Below the pieces are notes generated by a model. That model did not search any database and was not told where the DNA came from. It was given only the letters and a program-made list of their open reading frames with translations. From the NCBI GenBank assembly GCA_947085095.1, contig CAMTVD010000022.1, positions 49,237-113,236 on the forward strand: DNA of 64,000 nucleotides, written 5' to 3'. Numbering within the stretch: position 1 is the stretch's first letter; each line of letters begins with the position of its first letter. This document shows, one piece after another, positions 29,990-39,748 of this stretch. The position numbers and the translations under genes are program-made. Source of the DNA: an uncultured Thermus sp. GTDB taxonomy: Bacteria > Deinococcota > Deinococci > Deinococcales > Thermaceae.

Positions 29990-30309
29990 AGTTCGCAGGG
30001 TGGGTTTTCCTTCTGGTGAGCCTGGGCGTGGGGGCGGCGGGGGTCTACCTCTTCTACGCCTACCCTTTTTTGGAGGTGCCCTCCCCCCTTGGCCCCTGGC
30101 CCCTTTACTACCTCCTTCCCGGGGTCTACCTCCTGGGACTCCTGGTAGGGGGGCTTTTCGTCCTGGCCCTCTGGCTCAGGGGGGTGGGGGAGAGGGGGCG
30201 GCTTCTAAGGGAGATAAGGCGGCTTCAGGGGGAGGTGAACGCCCTGAAGCGGGAGCGGATTGAGGAGATCCCCAAAATCCCTGACCGCGCGGTGGACGAG
30301 GAAGCATGA
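29986..30309 (+). CDS. Small 2-TM membrane protein with C-terminal coiled coil (LapA-like architecture)
   Basis: Two hydrophobic helices then LLREIRRLQGEVNALKRE; 4-nt overlaps with both neighbours. Confidence 0.7.
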   Translation: MKFAGWVFLLVSLGVGAAGVYLFYAYPFLEVPSPLGPWPLYYLLPGVYLLGLLVGGLFVLALWLRGVGERGRLLREIRRLQGEVNALKRERIEEIPKIPDRAVDEEA

Positions 30310-32303
30310 GCCGTCTCCGCTGGCGTCTCCTTTCCCTTCCCCCCCTCGCGGAGTGGCGGGAGGTGATGGCCGCCTTTGGGGTGGGGCCTGAGGCGGCCTT
30401 GGCCCTCTGGCACCGGGGGGTGCGGAGGCCCGAGGACCTGGACCCGCCCTTGCGCCTCCTGCCCCTAAAGGGCCTGGAGGAGGCCACCGACCTCCTCCTC
30501 AAGGCCATTCGGGAGGGGAAGCGGATCCGCATCCACGGGGACTACGACGCCGACGGCCTCACGGGCACGGCCATCCTGGTGCGGGGCCTTTCCGCCTTGG
30601 GGGCCAAGGTCCACCCCTTCATCCCCCACCGCCTGGAGGAGGGCTACGGGGTCCTCAGGGAGCGGGTCCCCGAGCACCTCCTGGCCGCCGAGGTCTTTCT
30701 CACCGTGGACTGCGGCATCGCCAACCACGCGGAGCTTGGGGAGCTTTTGGAAAACGGAGTGGAGGTTTTGGTCACCGACCACCACACCCCCAGGGACACA
30801 CCTCCCCCCGGGGTGGTCCTCCACCCCGCCTACACCCCGGGCCTGGGGGAGCACCCCACGGGGGCGGGGGTGGCCTTCCTCCTCCTTTGGGCTCTTTACG
30901 AGAGGCTTTCCCTTCCCCCTCCCCTGGAGTACGCCGACCTAGCCGCCATGGGCACCATCGCCGACGTGGCTCCCCTTTGGGGCTGGAACCGGGCCCTGGT
31001 CAAGGAGGGCCTGGGCCGGATACCCGCCTCTTCCTGGGTGGGCCTCAGGCTCCTGGCCCAGGCCGTGGGGTACACGGGGAAGGCCGATGAGGTGGCCTTC
31101 CGCCTCGCCCCCCGCATCAACGCCGCAAGCCGCCTGGGGGAGGCGGAAAAGGCCCTGCGGCTCCTCCTTACGGACAGCGAAGAGGAGGCCCGCGCCTTGG
31201 TGGAGGAGCTAAACCGCCTCAACGCCCACCGCCAGGCCATAGAGGAGAAGATGCTCCAGCGCCTCCTGCCCCAGGTGGACCCGGAGGAGCGGGCCATCGT
31301 CCTCCGGGACGAGGAGGGGCACCCCGGGGTCATGGGGATTGTGGCGAGCCGGATCCTGGAGGCCACCCAGAGGCCCGTCTTCCTGGTGGCCCGGGGTAAG
31401 GGTACGGTGCGGAGCCTTCCCCCCATCAGCGCCGTGGAGGCCCTGAGGAGCGTGGAGGACCTCCTCCAGCGCTTTGGGGGGCATAGGGAGGCCGCGGGCT
31501 TCGCCATGGACGAGGCCCGCTTTCCCGAGCTGAAAAAGAGGCTTCTGGAATACGCCGCCCGCTTCCCTGATCCCAGGCCGGAGGTTCCTATCCTCGCTCC
31601 CCTGCCCACGCTTTCCCTCCTCCCCCAGGTCTACCGGGAGCTTAGGTCCCTGGAGCCCCACGGGGCGGGAAACCCCGAGTCCCTCTTCCTCCTTTCCGGG
31701 ACCCCGGAGGAGGTGCGCACCCTGGGGGAGGGGAGGCACCTGGCCTTCCGGCTCCAGGGGGTGCGGGTGGTGGCCTGGCGCATGGGGGGGGTGGAGGTGC
31801 CTATGGAGGTGGAGGTGGCGGGGCTCCTCACGGAAAACGCCTGGAACGGGAGCGTGAGCTACGAGGTCCAGGCGGCCCACCTGCGGGAGCCCGGGGAGCT
31901 ATTGGGAGGCGTGGAGCCCTTCGCCTTTCCCCTCTCCCTGCCCGAGGCCCTGGCCCGGGCCAGGATGGGGGAGGGGGTGTACGTTCCCGAGGAGAACCGG
32001 GAGGGCCTGGAGTACGCCAGAAGCGCGGGCTTCCGCCTCCTTCCCCCGGAGGAGGCCCCTCTCTGGCTTGGCCTTCCCCCCCATAGGGTGGCCGTGGGCC
32101 GGGTGGAGGTGGCCTTGGGCCGGGAGACCCGGGCCAGGCTGGCTTCGCCTCCGATCCTGGCCACGGCGGCGGAGAGGCTCAGATCCCTGATCGCCCGCCG
32201 CCTCCTCCTGGCCTACGAGAAGGGGCACGCCCCCCTTTTCAGCGAGGCCCTTTTGGCCTACTGGGAGGTGCACCGTGTACAAGCAGCCGCGGGAAGCCCA
32301 TGA
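30306..32303 (+). CDS. recJ: ssDNA-specific 5'-3' exonuclease RecJ (Thermus type with C-terminal extension)
   Basis: HGDYDADG, TVDCG, TDHH, GTIADV, APRINAASR, GGHREAAG (DHH/DHHA1). Confidence 0.95.
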   Translation: MSRLRWRLLSLPPLAEWREVMAAFGVGPEAALALWHRGVRRPEDLDPPLRLLPLKGLEEATDLLLKAIREGKRIRIHGDYDADGLTGTAILVRGLSALGAKVHPFIPHRLEEGYGVLRERVPEHLLAAEVFLTVDCGIANHAELGELLENGVEVLVTDHHTPRDTPPPGVVLHPAYTPGLGEHPTGAGVAFLLLWALYERLSLPPPLEYADLAAMGTIADVAPLWGWNRALVKEGLGRIPASSWVGLRLLAQAVGYTGKADEVAFRLAPRINAASRLGEAEKALRLLLTDSEEEARALVEELNRLNAHRQAIEEKMLQRLLPQVDPEERAIVLRDEEGHPGVMGIVASRILEATQRPVFLVARGKGTVRSLPPISAVEALRSVEDLLQRFGGHREAAGFAMDEARFPELKKRLLEYAARFPDPRPEVPILAPLPTLSLLPQVYRELRSLEPHGAGNPESLFLLSGTPEEVRTLGEGRHLAFRLQGVRVVAWRMGGVEVPMEVEVAGLLTENAWNGSVSYEVQAAHLREPGELLGGVEPFAFPLSLPEALARARMGEGVYVPEENREGLEYARSAGFRLLPPEEAPLWLGLPPHRVAVGRVEVALGRETRARLASPPILATAAERLRSLIARRLLLAYEKGHAPLFSEALLAYWEVHRVQAAAGSP

Positions 32304-32838
32304 GGCGAGGATCTACACCGGGGCCTACCGGGTCTACGGCCTCATCCACCTGGTGCCGGGCTCGGGCACCGGGGACCTCCTCAACGTGGAAAAGGCCTAC
32401 CTGCCGGTGACCGGGGCCTTGGTCTACACCCCCGGCTTCCACCACCCCCCCAGGGCGGAGGAGCTCAAGGCCAGCACCGGCTTTCTCGCCCTGAGGAAGG
32501 AAAGGATCCAGTGGGTGGTGGGCGGCAGGCCAGCTGAACCCCGCACCAGCCCCGGCCTTCTGGAGAGGCGCCGCCTGGCCTTCCTCTTCGGGGACTGCCT
32601 CTTGGCGGGCGAGCTCCGAGTGCCCAAGGGGGCGCGGCTTTCCGACTTCCTCTCCCAGGCCAAGCCCTTCCAGACCCTCCTCGAGGCCAGCCTCTATGCC
32701 CTGACCCCGGATAAGCCCATCGTGGACCTGGAGCCCTTGGAGCGCTTCCCCTTCCTCACCGTGAACCTGCGCCTGGCGGAGGGGGTGGCCGAGGCCCCCG
32801 GGGAACCCCACCACCCCAGGCTCACCCTATTTGGCTGA
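32275..32838 (+). CDS. Hypothetical protein with an internal tandem duplication
   Basis: Two similar halves (G-x-I/L-H/R...DL/FL-N/S...Y/F-L/Q...FL-x-L/V); GC3-rich codon usage. Confidence 0.7.
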   Translation: MYKQPREAHEARIYTGAYRVYGLIHLVPGSGTGDLLNVEKAYLPVTGALVYTPGFHHPPRAEELKASTGFLALRKERIQWVVGGRPAEPRTSPGLLERRRLAFLFGDCLLAGELRVPKGARLSDFLSQAKPFQTLLEASLYALTPDKPIVDLEPLERFPFLTVNLRLAEGVAEAPGEPHHPRLTLFG

Positions 32839-35410
32839 GGGCCTCGCGGATCCTTTCCGCCTGGGCCAGGTTTTCCCTTAGCCTGGCCTCCTCGGCCTCC
32901 ACCACCTCCCTTGGCGCCTTCTCCCGGAAACCAGGGGCGGAGAGCTTCCTTTGGCTCCTTTCCGCCAGCTCCCATAGCTCCTGGAGGCGCTTCTCCTGGC
33001 GGCGCTTCCACTCCTCCACGTCCAGAAGGCCCTCTAAGGGCATCCTCACCGTCACCCGGGGCATGGCCTTGACCAGGGCCTTTTCCGGGCGCTTTTCTAG
33101 AAGCTCGGCCCGGGCCAGGAAGCGGAAGACGGGAAGATTTTCCCTGACCGGGGCGGCATCCCCTTCTAGGTAGACCCTGACCTCGGCCCCCTGGGGAAGC
33201 CCCGCCTCCGCCTTCAGAGCCCGCACCGCCGTCACCGCCTGCTTCAGAACCTCAAACTGGGCCTCGGCTAGGGGGTCTTTCTCCCCGGGTTCGGGCCAGG
33301 GCTCCAGGGCCAGCTCCTCCTTCCCCGTGAGGGCCTGGTAGAGCTCGCTGGTGAGGAAGGGCATGATGGGGTGGAGGAGCTTGAGGAGGGCGGCCAGGGT
33401 CTCCTCCAAAGTCCTCAGGGTGTGGGCGTTCCCCGCCTTCAGGGCGGGCTTGGAGGCCTCCAGGTACCAGTCGCAGAACTCGCTCCAGATGAGCTCGTAG
33501 GCCTCCCGGGCCGCCTGGGCCAGGTCCAGGGCCTCGTAAAGGGCGGTGATCTCCTCAATCCCCCGGGCGAGGCGGCTTTTCATGAAGCGGTCCGCCAGGG
33601 TGGGGGCGTCCTCCTTGGTGGCGAATCCCTCCCGGGAGAGGAGGACGAAGCGGGCGGCGTTGAAGAGCTTGTTGGCGAAGTTCCTGGCCATCTCCAGCCA
33701 GCGGAGGTCCAGCCTCACATCCTGCCCCCCCGTGGCCAGGTAGGTGAGGGCGAAGCGGAGGGCATCGGCCCCGTAGCGCTCCACCATTTCCAGGGGGTCA
33801 ATGACGTTCCCCTTGGACTTGGACATCTTCTGCCCCTTCTCGTCCAGGACCAGGCCGTGGAGGAGGACGGTCTTGAAGGGCCTTTCCCCCAGGAAGTGGT
33901 AGCCGGAGACCTCCATGCGGGAAACCCAGAGGAAGAGAATATCGTACCCCGTGACCAGGACGTCCCCGGGGTAGAAGGCCTTCAGGTCCTCGGTTTCCTC
34001 GGGCCAGCCCAGGGTGGAAAGGGGCCAGAGGGCAGAGGAGAACCAGGTGTCAAAGACGTCCTCGTCGCGCCTCAGGTTCTGGCTTCCGCAGGCCTCGCAG
34101 GCCGTGGGGTCCTCCAGGTAGCTTTCCGGCTTGGGGACGTTCACCGCCTGGCAGTTCTGGCAGTACCAGGCGGGAATCTGGTGCCCCCACCAGAGCTGCC
34201 TGGATACGTTCCAGTCTTTGACGTTCCTGAGCCAGTCTATGTTGACCTTCTTCCACCTTTCGGGGACGAAGGCGATCTCGTTCGCCTCGAGGCCCCTCAG
34301 GACCTCCTCCGCCAGGGGCTTCATCCGGAGCCACCACTGGGGGAATTGAGCGTACTCCAATGGGGTGCCGCAACGGGAGCAGGTGGCGAGGGCGATGGTG
34401 TAGTCCTCCTCCCTCACCAGGTGGCCCGCCTCCCGGAAGAGCTCCACCGCCTTCCTCCGGGCCTCAAAGCGGTCCAGGCCCCTCAGGGCCTCGGGGACCC
34501 TCTCCCCCTCCATCCGGCCCTCGAGGTTGATGACGGAGACGGGCTTGAGGCCGTGCCTTTCCCCGATCTCGTAGTCCAGGGGGTCGTGGGCCGGGGTGAC
34601 CTTCAAGGCTCCGGTGCCGAACTCCCGCTCCACGGCGGGGTCGGCCAGGATGGGGATCCAGATCTCCGTGAGGGGGATGCGGGCCTTTTTGCCCACGAGG
34701 CCCTGGTAGCGCTCGTCCTCGGGGTGGACGGCGATGGCCTGGTCGGCGAAGACGGTCTCAGGGCGAACGGTGGCGATCTCAATGAGGCCGCCCCCCTCCA
34801 CCTCGTAGCGGAGGGTGTAGAGCCTGCCCGGGGTGGGCTCGGTTTCCACCTCCAGATCGGAGAGGGTGGTCTCGCACCGGGGGCACCAGTTGACCAGGCG
34901 GGGGGCCCGGTAGGCCAGGCCCTCGTGGTAGTAGCGGCAGAAGGCGTAGCGCACCGCCCGGGAGCGGGCTTCGTCCATGGTGAAGGCCTCCCGGCTCCAG
35001 TCGGCGCTGGCCCCCAGGCGCTTGAGCTGCCTCAAGATGGTCCCCCCGGACTCCTCCTTCCACTGCCAGACCCGCTTTAAAAACTCCTCCCGCCCCAGGT
35101 CGTGCCGGGTCTTGCCCTCCTTGAGGAGGAGCCTTTCCACCACCACCTGGGTGGCGATGCCGGCGTGGTCGGTGCCGGGAAGCCAGACCGCTTCAAACCC
35201 CCGCATGCGCTTGTAGCGGATGAGGGCGTCCTGGAGGGAGTTGTCCAGGGCGTGGCCCATGTGCAGGCTTCCGGTGACGTTGGGGGGCGGCATGAAGATG
35301 ACAAAGGGGGGCTTGCCGCTTTTGGGGTTGGCCACGAAGGGGTTTTCCGCCCACTTCTTGGCCCACTTGGGTTCCACGGACTTGGGGTCGTAGGCCTTGG
35401 GCAGGTCCAT
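32822..35410 (-). CDS. valS: Valine--tRNA ligase
   Basis: MDLPKAYDPK start, PPPNVTGSLHMGH (HIGH), KMSKS, Zn-binding CxxC motifs, C-terminal coiled coil. Confidence 0.98.
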   Translation of the reverse strand: MDLPKAYDPKSVEPKWAKKWAENPFVANPKSGKPPFVIFMPPPNVTGSLHMGHALDNSLQDALIRYKRMRGFEAVWLPGTDHAGIATQVVVERLLLKEGKTRHDLGREEFLKRVWQWKEESGGTILRQLKRLGASADWSREAFTMDEARSRAVRYAFCRYYHEGLAYRAPRLVNWCPRCETTLSDLEVETEPTPGRLYTLRYEVEGGGLIEIATVRPETVFADQAIAVHPEDERYQGLVGKKARIPLTEIWIPILADPAVEREFGTGALKVTPAHDPLDYEIGERHGLKPVSVINLEGRMEGERVPEALRGLDRFEARRKAVELFREAGHLVREEDYTIALATCSRCGTPLEYAQFPQWWLRMKPLAEEVLRGLEANEIAFVPERWKKVNIDWLRNVKDWNVSRQLWWGHQIPAWYCQNCQAVNVPKPESYLEDPTACEACGSQNLRRDEDVFDTWFSSALWPLSTLGWPEETEDLKAFYPGDVLVTGYDILFLWVSRMEVSGYHFLGERPFKTVLLHGLVLDEKGQKMSKSKGNVIDPLEMVERYGADALRFALTYLATGGQDVRLDLRWLEMARNFANKLFNAARFVLLSREGFATKEDAPTLADRFMKSRLARGIEEITALYEALDLAQAAREAYELIWSEFCDWYLEASKPALKAGNAHTLRTLEETLAALLKLLHPIMPFLTSELYQALTGKEELALEPWPEPGEKDPLAEAQFEVLKQAVTAVRALKAEAGLPQGAEVRVYLEGDAAPVRENLPVFRFLARAELLEKRPEKALVKAMPRVTVRMPLEGLLDVEEWKRRQEKRLQELWELAERSQRKLSAPGFREKAPREVVEAEEARLRENLAQAERIREALSQIG

Positions 35411-35452
35411 GCTACCCACCACTTTACCCGCGAGTGCTAGGATGGGGCTAGC

Positions 35453-36000
35453 ATGGGAGAAGCGGCCCGGGTTCTTCCCATGAGCCTCGAGGCCTACCTG
35501 GAGTGGGAGGCGCAAAGCCCCGAGCGCCACGAGCTGGTGGAGGGGATTCCCTACGCCATGGCCGGGGCCAGCCAGGCCCAGAGCCTCCTGGTGCAGAACC
35601 TGGCCTTTCTCCTGAGGGCCCCTGCCCGGGCCAAGGGTTGCCGCTTCTACACGGAAACGGTGAAGCTGAAGGCTTCCCAAAGCACCCTCTACTACCCGGA
35701 CCTCATGGTGGTGTGCGGGTCCTTCTCCTCCCATCCCCTTTACGAGGAGGCCCCTTGCCTGGTGGCCGAGGTGGGGAGCGCCTGGACCGGGGAGAGAAGC
35801 GCCTCGCTTACCTGAGCCTGCCTTCCCTGAAGGCCTACCTCCTGGTGAGCGCCCAAGAGCCCCTGGTGGAGGTCTACCGAAAGACCGAAGGGGGTGTGGT
35901 TCACGAGGTCTATACCGAGGGCCAGGTACCCCTGGCCTGCCTCGAGGCCAGCCTGGACCTCCTCACCCTCTACGAGGGGGTGGAGCCCGAGAGGGCGTAG
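35453..36000 (+). pseudogene. Uma2/DUF820 endonuclease-like gene with frameshifting deletion near 35774
   Basis: First frame: RHELVEG...YYPDLMVVC...PCLVAEV. Second frame: ERLDRGEKRLAYLSLPSLKAYLLVS. The usual LSPST-like segment between them is missing. Confidence 0.8.
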
Positions 36001-36572
36001 AGGTAGTACCGCCCCTCCCCCAGGGGGAAGAAGGCCTCCTCGTAGGCCAGGCCCTCTATGGGGGTGTCTGGTGGAAGGGGGAGATGGAAGCCCCCCACCC
36101 TTATCCCCTCGGGGAGGACCTCTAGAACGCCTTGGGCCACTTCCTGGCTTTCCCCTTCGGGGTCGTTCAAAGGGGTGTAGAGGAGACGCACGGGAAGGCC
36201 CTTTAGGCTTTGGAGTACGTTGCTTTCCTCCCGGAAAAGGGCCCGGTGGAGGAGCCTCTCCTCCGCCTCGGCCACCTCGCCCAAAAGGGCGTAGCGGTCC
36301 AGGGGCAAAAGGGCCTTTCCCCCTTCCAGGAGGAGCAAGAAGCGGGTGCGGTCCTCCTGGGAGAGGAGGACGGGGGCCTTGCCCCGGCCCACTTGGGGAT
36401 CCTGGTCCAGGTTTCCCTGGAGGAGGGCCTTGGCGGCCTCCAGGGCCTCCTCCCGGGTGGGGTAGAGGCTGTAGGGGTTCACCTTGAAGAGGAGGTCGTA
36501 GCCCCTGGGTCCTTGGACCAGCCAGGCCAGGTGAAGCTCATAGAACCGTTTCTTCTGCCACTGGGGGTACAC
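35970..36572 (-). CDS. Hypothetical protein
   Basis: ~200-aa ORF with Thermus-like codon usage; GTG 36572 is preceded by TATACT (alternative start TTG 36614). Confidence 0.65.
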   Translation of the reverse strand: MYPQWQKKRFYELHLAWLVQGPRGYDLLFKVNPYSLYPTREEALEAAKALLQGNLDQDPQVGRGKAPVLLSQEDRTRFLLLLEGGKALLPLDRYALLGEVAEAEERLLHRALFREESNVLQSLKGLPVRLLYTPLNDPEGESQEVAQGVLEVLPEGIRVGGFHLPLPPDTPIEGLAYEEAFFPLGEGRYYLYALSGSTPS

Positions 36573-36644
36573 CTGCGAGTATAGATGAAAACTGTGAGGT
36601 CGTGCCTTGCTCAAAACTTTCCCCTGGTATACCCTAGCGGCGGT

Positions 36645-37697
36645 ATGGCGCTATCCGAAGAGCGGGTCCTCGAGGCCCTGAGAGGGGTCATGGACCCCGA
36701 GCTGGGCAAAGACCTGGTCTCCCTGGGCATGGTGGGGGAGATCCACCTGGAGGGGCAGAAGGTGGACCTCCTCATCCACCTCACCACCCCGGCCTGTCCC
36801 CTGAAGGGGCAGATAGAGGCGGACATCCGGCGGGCCCTCATGCCCCTGGGCCTAGAGGAGGTGCGGGTGCGCTTTGGCGGCGGGGTGCGCCCTCCCGAGC
36901 AGTACCCCATCCCTGGGGTCAAGCACGTGGTGGCCGTGGCCTCGGGCAAGGGGGGGGTGGGGAAGAGCACCGTGGCCGCCAACCTGGCCCTGGCCCTGAG
37001 CCGGGAGGGAGCCCAGGTGGGCCTCCTGGACGCTGACCTCTACGGACCCAGCCAGGCCAAGATGTTTGGCCTCGAGGGGGAGAGGCTCAAGGTGGACGGA
37101 AACCGCCGCATCCTGCCCCTTTTGGCCCACGGGATCAAGGTCCTCTCCATGGCCAACATCGTTCCCCCGGGCCAGGCCATGATCTGGCGGGGGCCCATCC
37201 TCCACGGGACCCTCAAGCAGTTCCTGGAGGACGTGAACTGGGGGGAGCTGGACTATTTGGTGGTGGACCTGCCCCCGGGCACCGGGGACGTGCAACTCTC
37301 CCTCACCCAGCTCACCCGGGTCTCCGGGGGGGTGATCGTCACCACCCCCCAGGAGGTGGCCCTCATAGACGCGGAGCGGGCCGCGGACATGTTCAAGAAG
37401 GTCCAGGTGCCCGTCCTGGGGGTCCTGGAGAACATGAGCGCCTTCCTTTGCCCCCATTGCGGCAAGCCCACCCCCATCTTCGGGGAAGGGGGTGGGAGGA
37501 GGCTTTCGGAGAAGCTGAAGGCCCGCTTTCTGGGGGAGATCCCCCTCACCCTCCCCCTTAGGGAGAGCGGGGACCGGGGCGTTCCCATCGTGGCCGCCGA
37601 CCCCGAGGGCCTCGAGGCCCAGGCCTTCATGGGGGCAGCTCGGGAACTCGCCGCCGCCCTCAGCGTCCAGGCCTTCATCGCCCTACCCATGGCCTAA
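36645..37697 (+). CDS. mrp: Mrp/ApbC/NBP35 Fe-S cluster carrier ATPase
   Basis: N-terminal DUF59-like DPELGKDLVSLG...TTPACP; ASGKGGVGKST; DLPPGTGD; ENMS...CPHC. Confidence 0.93.
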   Translation: MALSEERVLEALRGVMDPELGKDLVSLGMVGEIHLEGQKVDLLIHLTTPACPLKGQIEADIRRALMPLGLEEVRVRFGGGVRPPEQYPIPGVKHVVAVASGKGGVGKSTVAANLALALSREGAQVGLLDADLYGPSQAKMFGLEGERLKVDGNRRILPLLAHGIKVLSMANIVPPGQAMIWRGPILHGTLKQFLEDVNWGELDYLVVDLPPGTGDVQLSLTQLTRVSGGVIVTTPQEVALIDAERAADMFKKVQVPVLGVLENMSAFLCPHCGKPTPIFGEGGGRRLSEKLKARFLGEIPLTLPLRESGDRGVPIVAADPEGLEAQAFMGAARELAAALSVQAFIALPMA

Positions 37698-37698
37698 C

Positions 37699-38295
37699 AT
37701 GGCTCTTCTTTTGGAAGGCACCAAGGAAAAGGTCCTGGAGCTCCTCAGGGCCCATCCCCTCACCGCCAAGGAGGTGGCCGAGACCCTGGGCCTAAGCCGG
37801 GCCGCCATCGGCAAGCACCTCCAGGACCTGGAGGCCCGGGGCCTGGTGCGCTCCGAGGTGAAGCGGTGCCCAAGCCGGGGGCGCCCCTACCGCCTCTACC
37901 GGGCCCAGGACGGGGAAAGCCCCTACGCCCTCCTCTGCGGGGACGTGCTCAAGGGTATGGAGGCGGCTCTGGGACGGGAGGGGGTGGTGGCCTTCCTCCT
38001 GGAGCGGAACCGGAGCCGCCTGGCCCCCTTGCGCCTCGAGGCCCTTCCCTTAAGGGAGAAGCTCCGCCGCCTGGCCCAGCACCTGAGGGAAGAGGGGTAC
38101 GAGGCGGAGGTGGTGGAGGAGGAGGGGCGGCTTTACCTGTGCCAGAGGCGTTGCCCGAAGCTCGCCCTTTCCCGGGAGCACGAGGCCCTTTGCCAAAGCG
38201 AGCTCTTGGCCTACCAGGAGGTTTTAGGCCTGCCCCTTTTGCGGGAGGAGCGGATCGCCGAAGGGGGAAGTTGCTGCCGCTACCGGGTAGAATAG
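37699..38295 (+). CDS. ArsR/SufR-like HTH regulator with Cys-rich C-terminus
   Basis: TAKEVAETLGLSRAAIGKHLQDLEARGLV...GRP..LY; C-terminal CP..LC..E...CC. Confidence 0.8.
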   Translation: MALLLEGTKEKVLELLRAHPLTAKEVAETLGLSRAAIGKHLQDLEARGLVRSEVKRCPSRGRPYRLYRAQDGESPYALLCGDVLKGMEAALGREGVVAFLLERNRSRLAPLRLEALPLREKLRRLAQHLREEGYEAEVVEEEGRLYLCQRRCPKLALSREHEALCQSELLAYQEVLGLPLLREERIAEGGSCCRYRVE

Positions 38296-38299
38296 CGGG

Positions 38300-39058
38300 G
38301 TGTGGGTCTACCGCCTGAAGGGCACCCCGTGGGAGCTGGACGCCCTCATCCCCGAGCTCTTTGACCGGGGGGCCCGGGGGCTTCTGGAGGGGGAGGGGGA
38401 GGTCCTGGCCTACTTCCCCGCCCCAAGGGACCTCCCCTATGGCGGGGAGTGGGAGGAGCTTCCCGATGAGGACTGGCTAGAGGCCTGGCGGCGGGACCTG
38501 AAGCCTGCCCTGGCCCCTCCTTTTGTGGTCCTGGCCCCCTGGCATGTCTGGGAGGGGGAGGGAATCCCCCTGGTCCTGGAGCCTGGCATGGCCTTCGGCA
38601 CCGGGCACCACGAGACCACCCGCCTGGCCCTCATGGCCCTGGCCCGGCACCTTTCCCCGGGGGAGAAGGTTCTGGACCTGGGCACGGGGAGCGGCATCCT
38701 GGCCATCGCCGCCGAGAAGCTGGGGGGAAAGGCCTTGGGCGTGGACATAGACCCCGCCGTCCTCCCCCAGGCGGAGGTGAACGCCAAGGCCAACGGGGTC
38801 GCCCCGCGGTTTCTCCTGGGGAGCCTCGAGGCCGCCCTCCCCTTCGCCCCCTTCGGCCTCATCGTGGCCAACCTCTTCGCCGAGCTCCACGCCGAGCTTG
38901 CCCCCCTCTACCGCGGGGCCCTGGCCCCTGGGGGGAGGCTCCTCCTCACGGGGATCCTCAAGGAGAAGGCCCACCTGGTAAGGGCCGCCCTGGAGGACCT
39001 TCCCCTTGTGGAGGAGGAGGCCGAGGGGGAGTGGGTCCTTCTGGCCTACCGGAGGTGA
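38300..39058 (+). CDS. prmA: Ribosomal protein L11 methyltransferase
   Basis: EPGMAFGTGHHETT, VLDLGTGSGILAIAA, VANL. Confidence 0.95.
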   Translation: MWVYRLKGTPWELDALIPELFDRGARGLLEGEGEVLAYFPAPRDLPYGGEWEELPDEDWLEAWRRDLKPALAPPFVVLAPWHVWEGEGIPLVLEPGMAFGTGHHETTRLALMALARHLSPGEKVLDLGTGSGILAIAAEKLGGKALGVDIDPAVLPQAEVNAKANGVAPRFLLGSLEAALPFAPFGLIVANLFAELHAELAPLYRGALAPGGRLLLTGILKEKAHLVRAALEDLPLVEEEAEGEWVLLAYRR

Positions 39059-39061
39059 GGC

Positions 39062-39748
39062 GTGAGGCCCCACCGCGCCTTCAGCCCCGGCCTCACCGGC
39101 CTCCTCCCCCTGGAGGAGGGCCGCCACCTGGTGGAGGTCCTTAGGGCCAAGGTGGGGGACCGGTTCACCGTATTTGACGAAAGCCGCGAGGCCCTGGCCG
39201 AGGTGGTGGACCTGGGCCCCCCGGTCCGCTACCGCCTTTTGGAGGAGCGGAGGCCGGAGCGGGAGGTGGGGGTGGAGGTGGTCCTCTACATGGCCCTCCT
39301 CAAGGGGGACAAGCTTTCCGAGGTGGTGCGGGCGGCCACGGAGCTTGGGGCCACCAGGATCCAGCCCCTCATCACCCGCCACGCTGTGCCCAAGGAGATG
39401 GGGGAGGGGAAGCTGAGGCGGCTCCAGGCCATCGCCAAGGAGGCGGCCAAGCAGTCGGGGAGGCTTGCCGTCCCCGAGGTCCTTCCCCCCATCCCCCTGG
39501 AGGCGGTGCCGGAAGTGGCCCAGGGCCTGGTGGCCCATGTGGGGGCCAGAGCCCTGGTGCGGGAGGTCTTGGACCTGGACAAGCCCCTGGCCCTGGCGGT
39601 GGGGCCGGAGGGAGGGTTCGCTGCAGAGGAGGTGGCCCTCCTGCGGGAGCGGGGCTTTACCCCGGTGAGTCTGGGGCGGCGGATCCTCAGGGCGGAGACG
39701 GCGGCCCTCGCCCTTCTGGCCCTGGTCACCGCCGGGGAGGGGAGATGA
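39062..39748 (+). CDS. rsmE: 16S rRNA m3U1498 methyltransferase
   Basis: HLVEVLR, ATELGA, EAAKQSGR, VGPEGGF, SLGRRILRAETA. Confidence 0.95.
   Translation: MRPHRAFSPGLTGLLPLEEGRHLVEVLRAKVGDRFTVFDESREALAEVVDLGPPVRYRLLEERRPEREVGVEVVLYMALLKGDKLSEVVRAATELGATRIQPLITRHAVPKEMGEGKLRRLQAIAKEAAKQSGRLAVPEVLPPIPLEAVPEVAQGLVAHVGARALVREVLDLDKPLALAVGPEGGFAAEEVALLRERGFTPVSLGRRILRAETAALALLALVTAGEGR

Noticed and set aside
35411..35734. 108-aa N-terminal extension of ValS in the ORF track
   Set aside because: It is the antisense of the Uma2 gene; the recognisable ValS start is MDLPKAYDP at 35410
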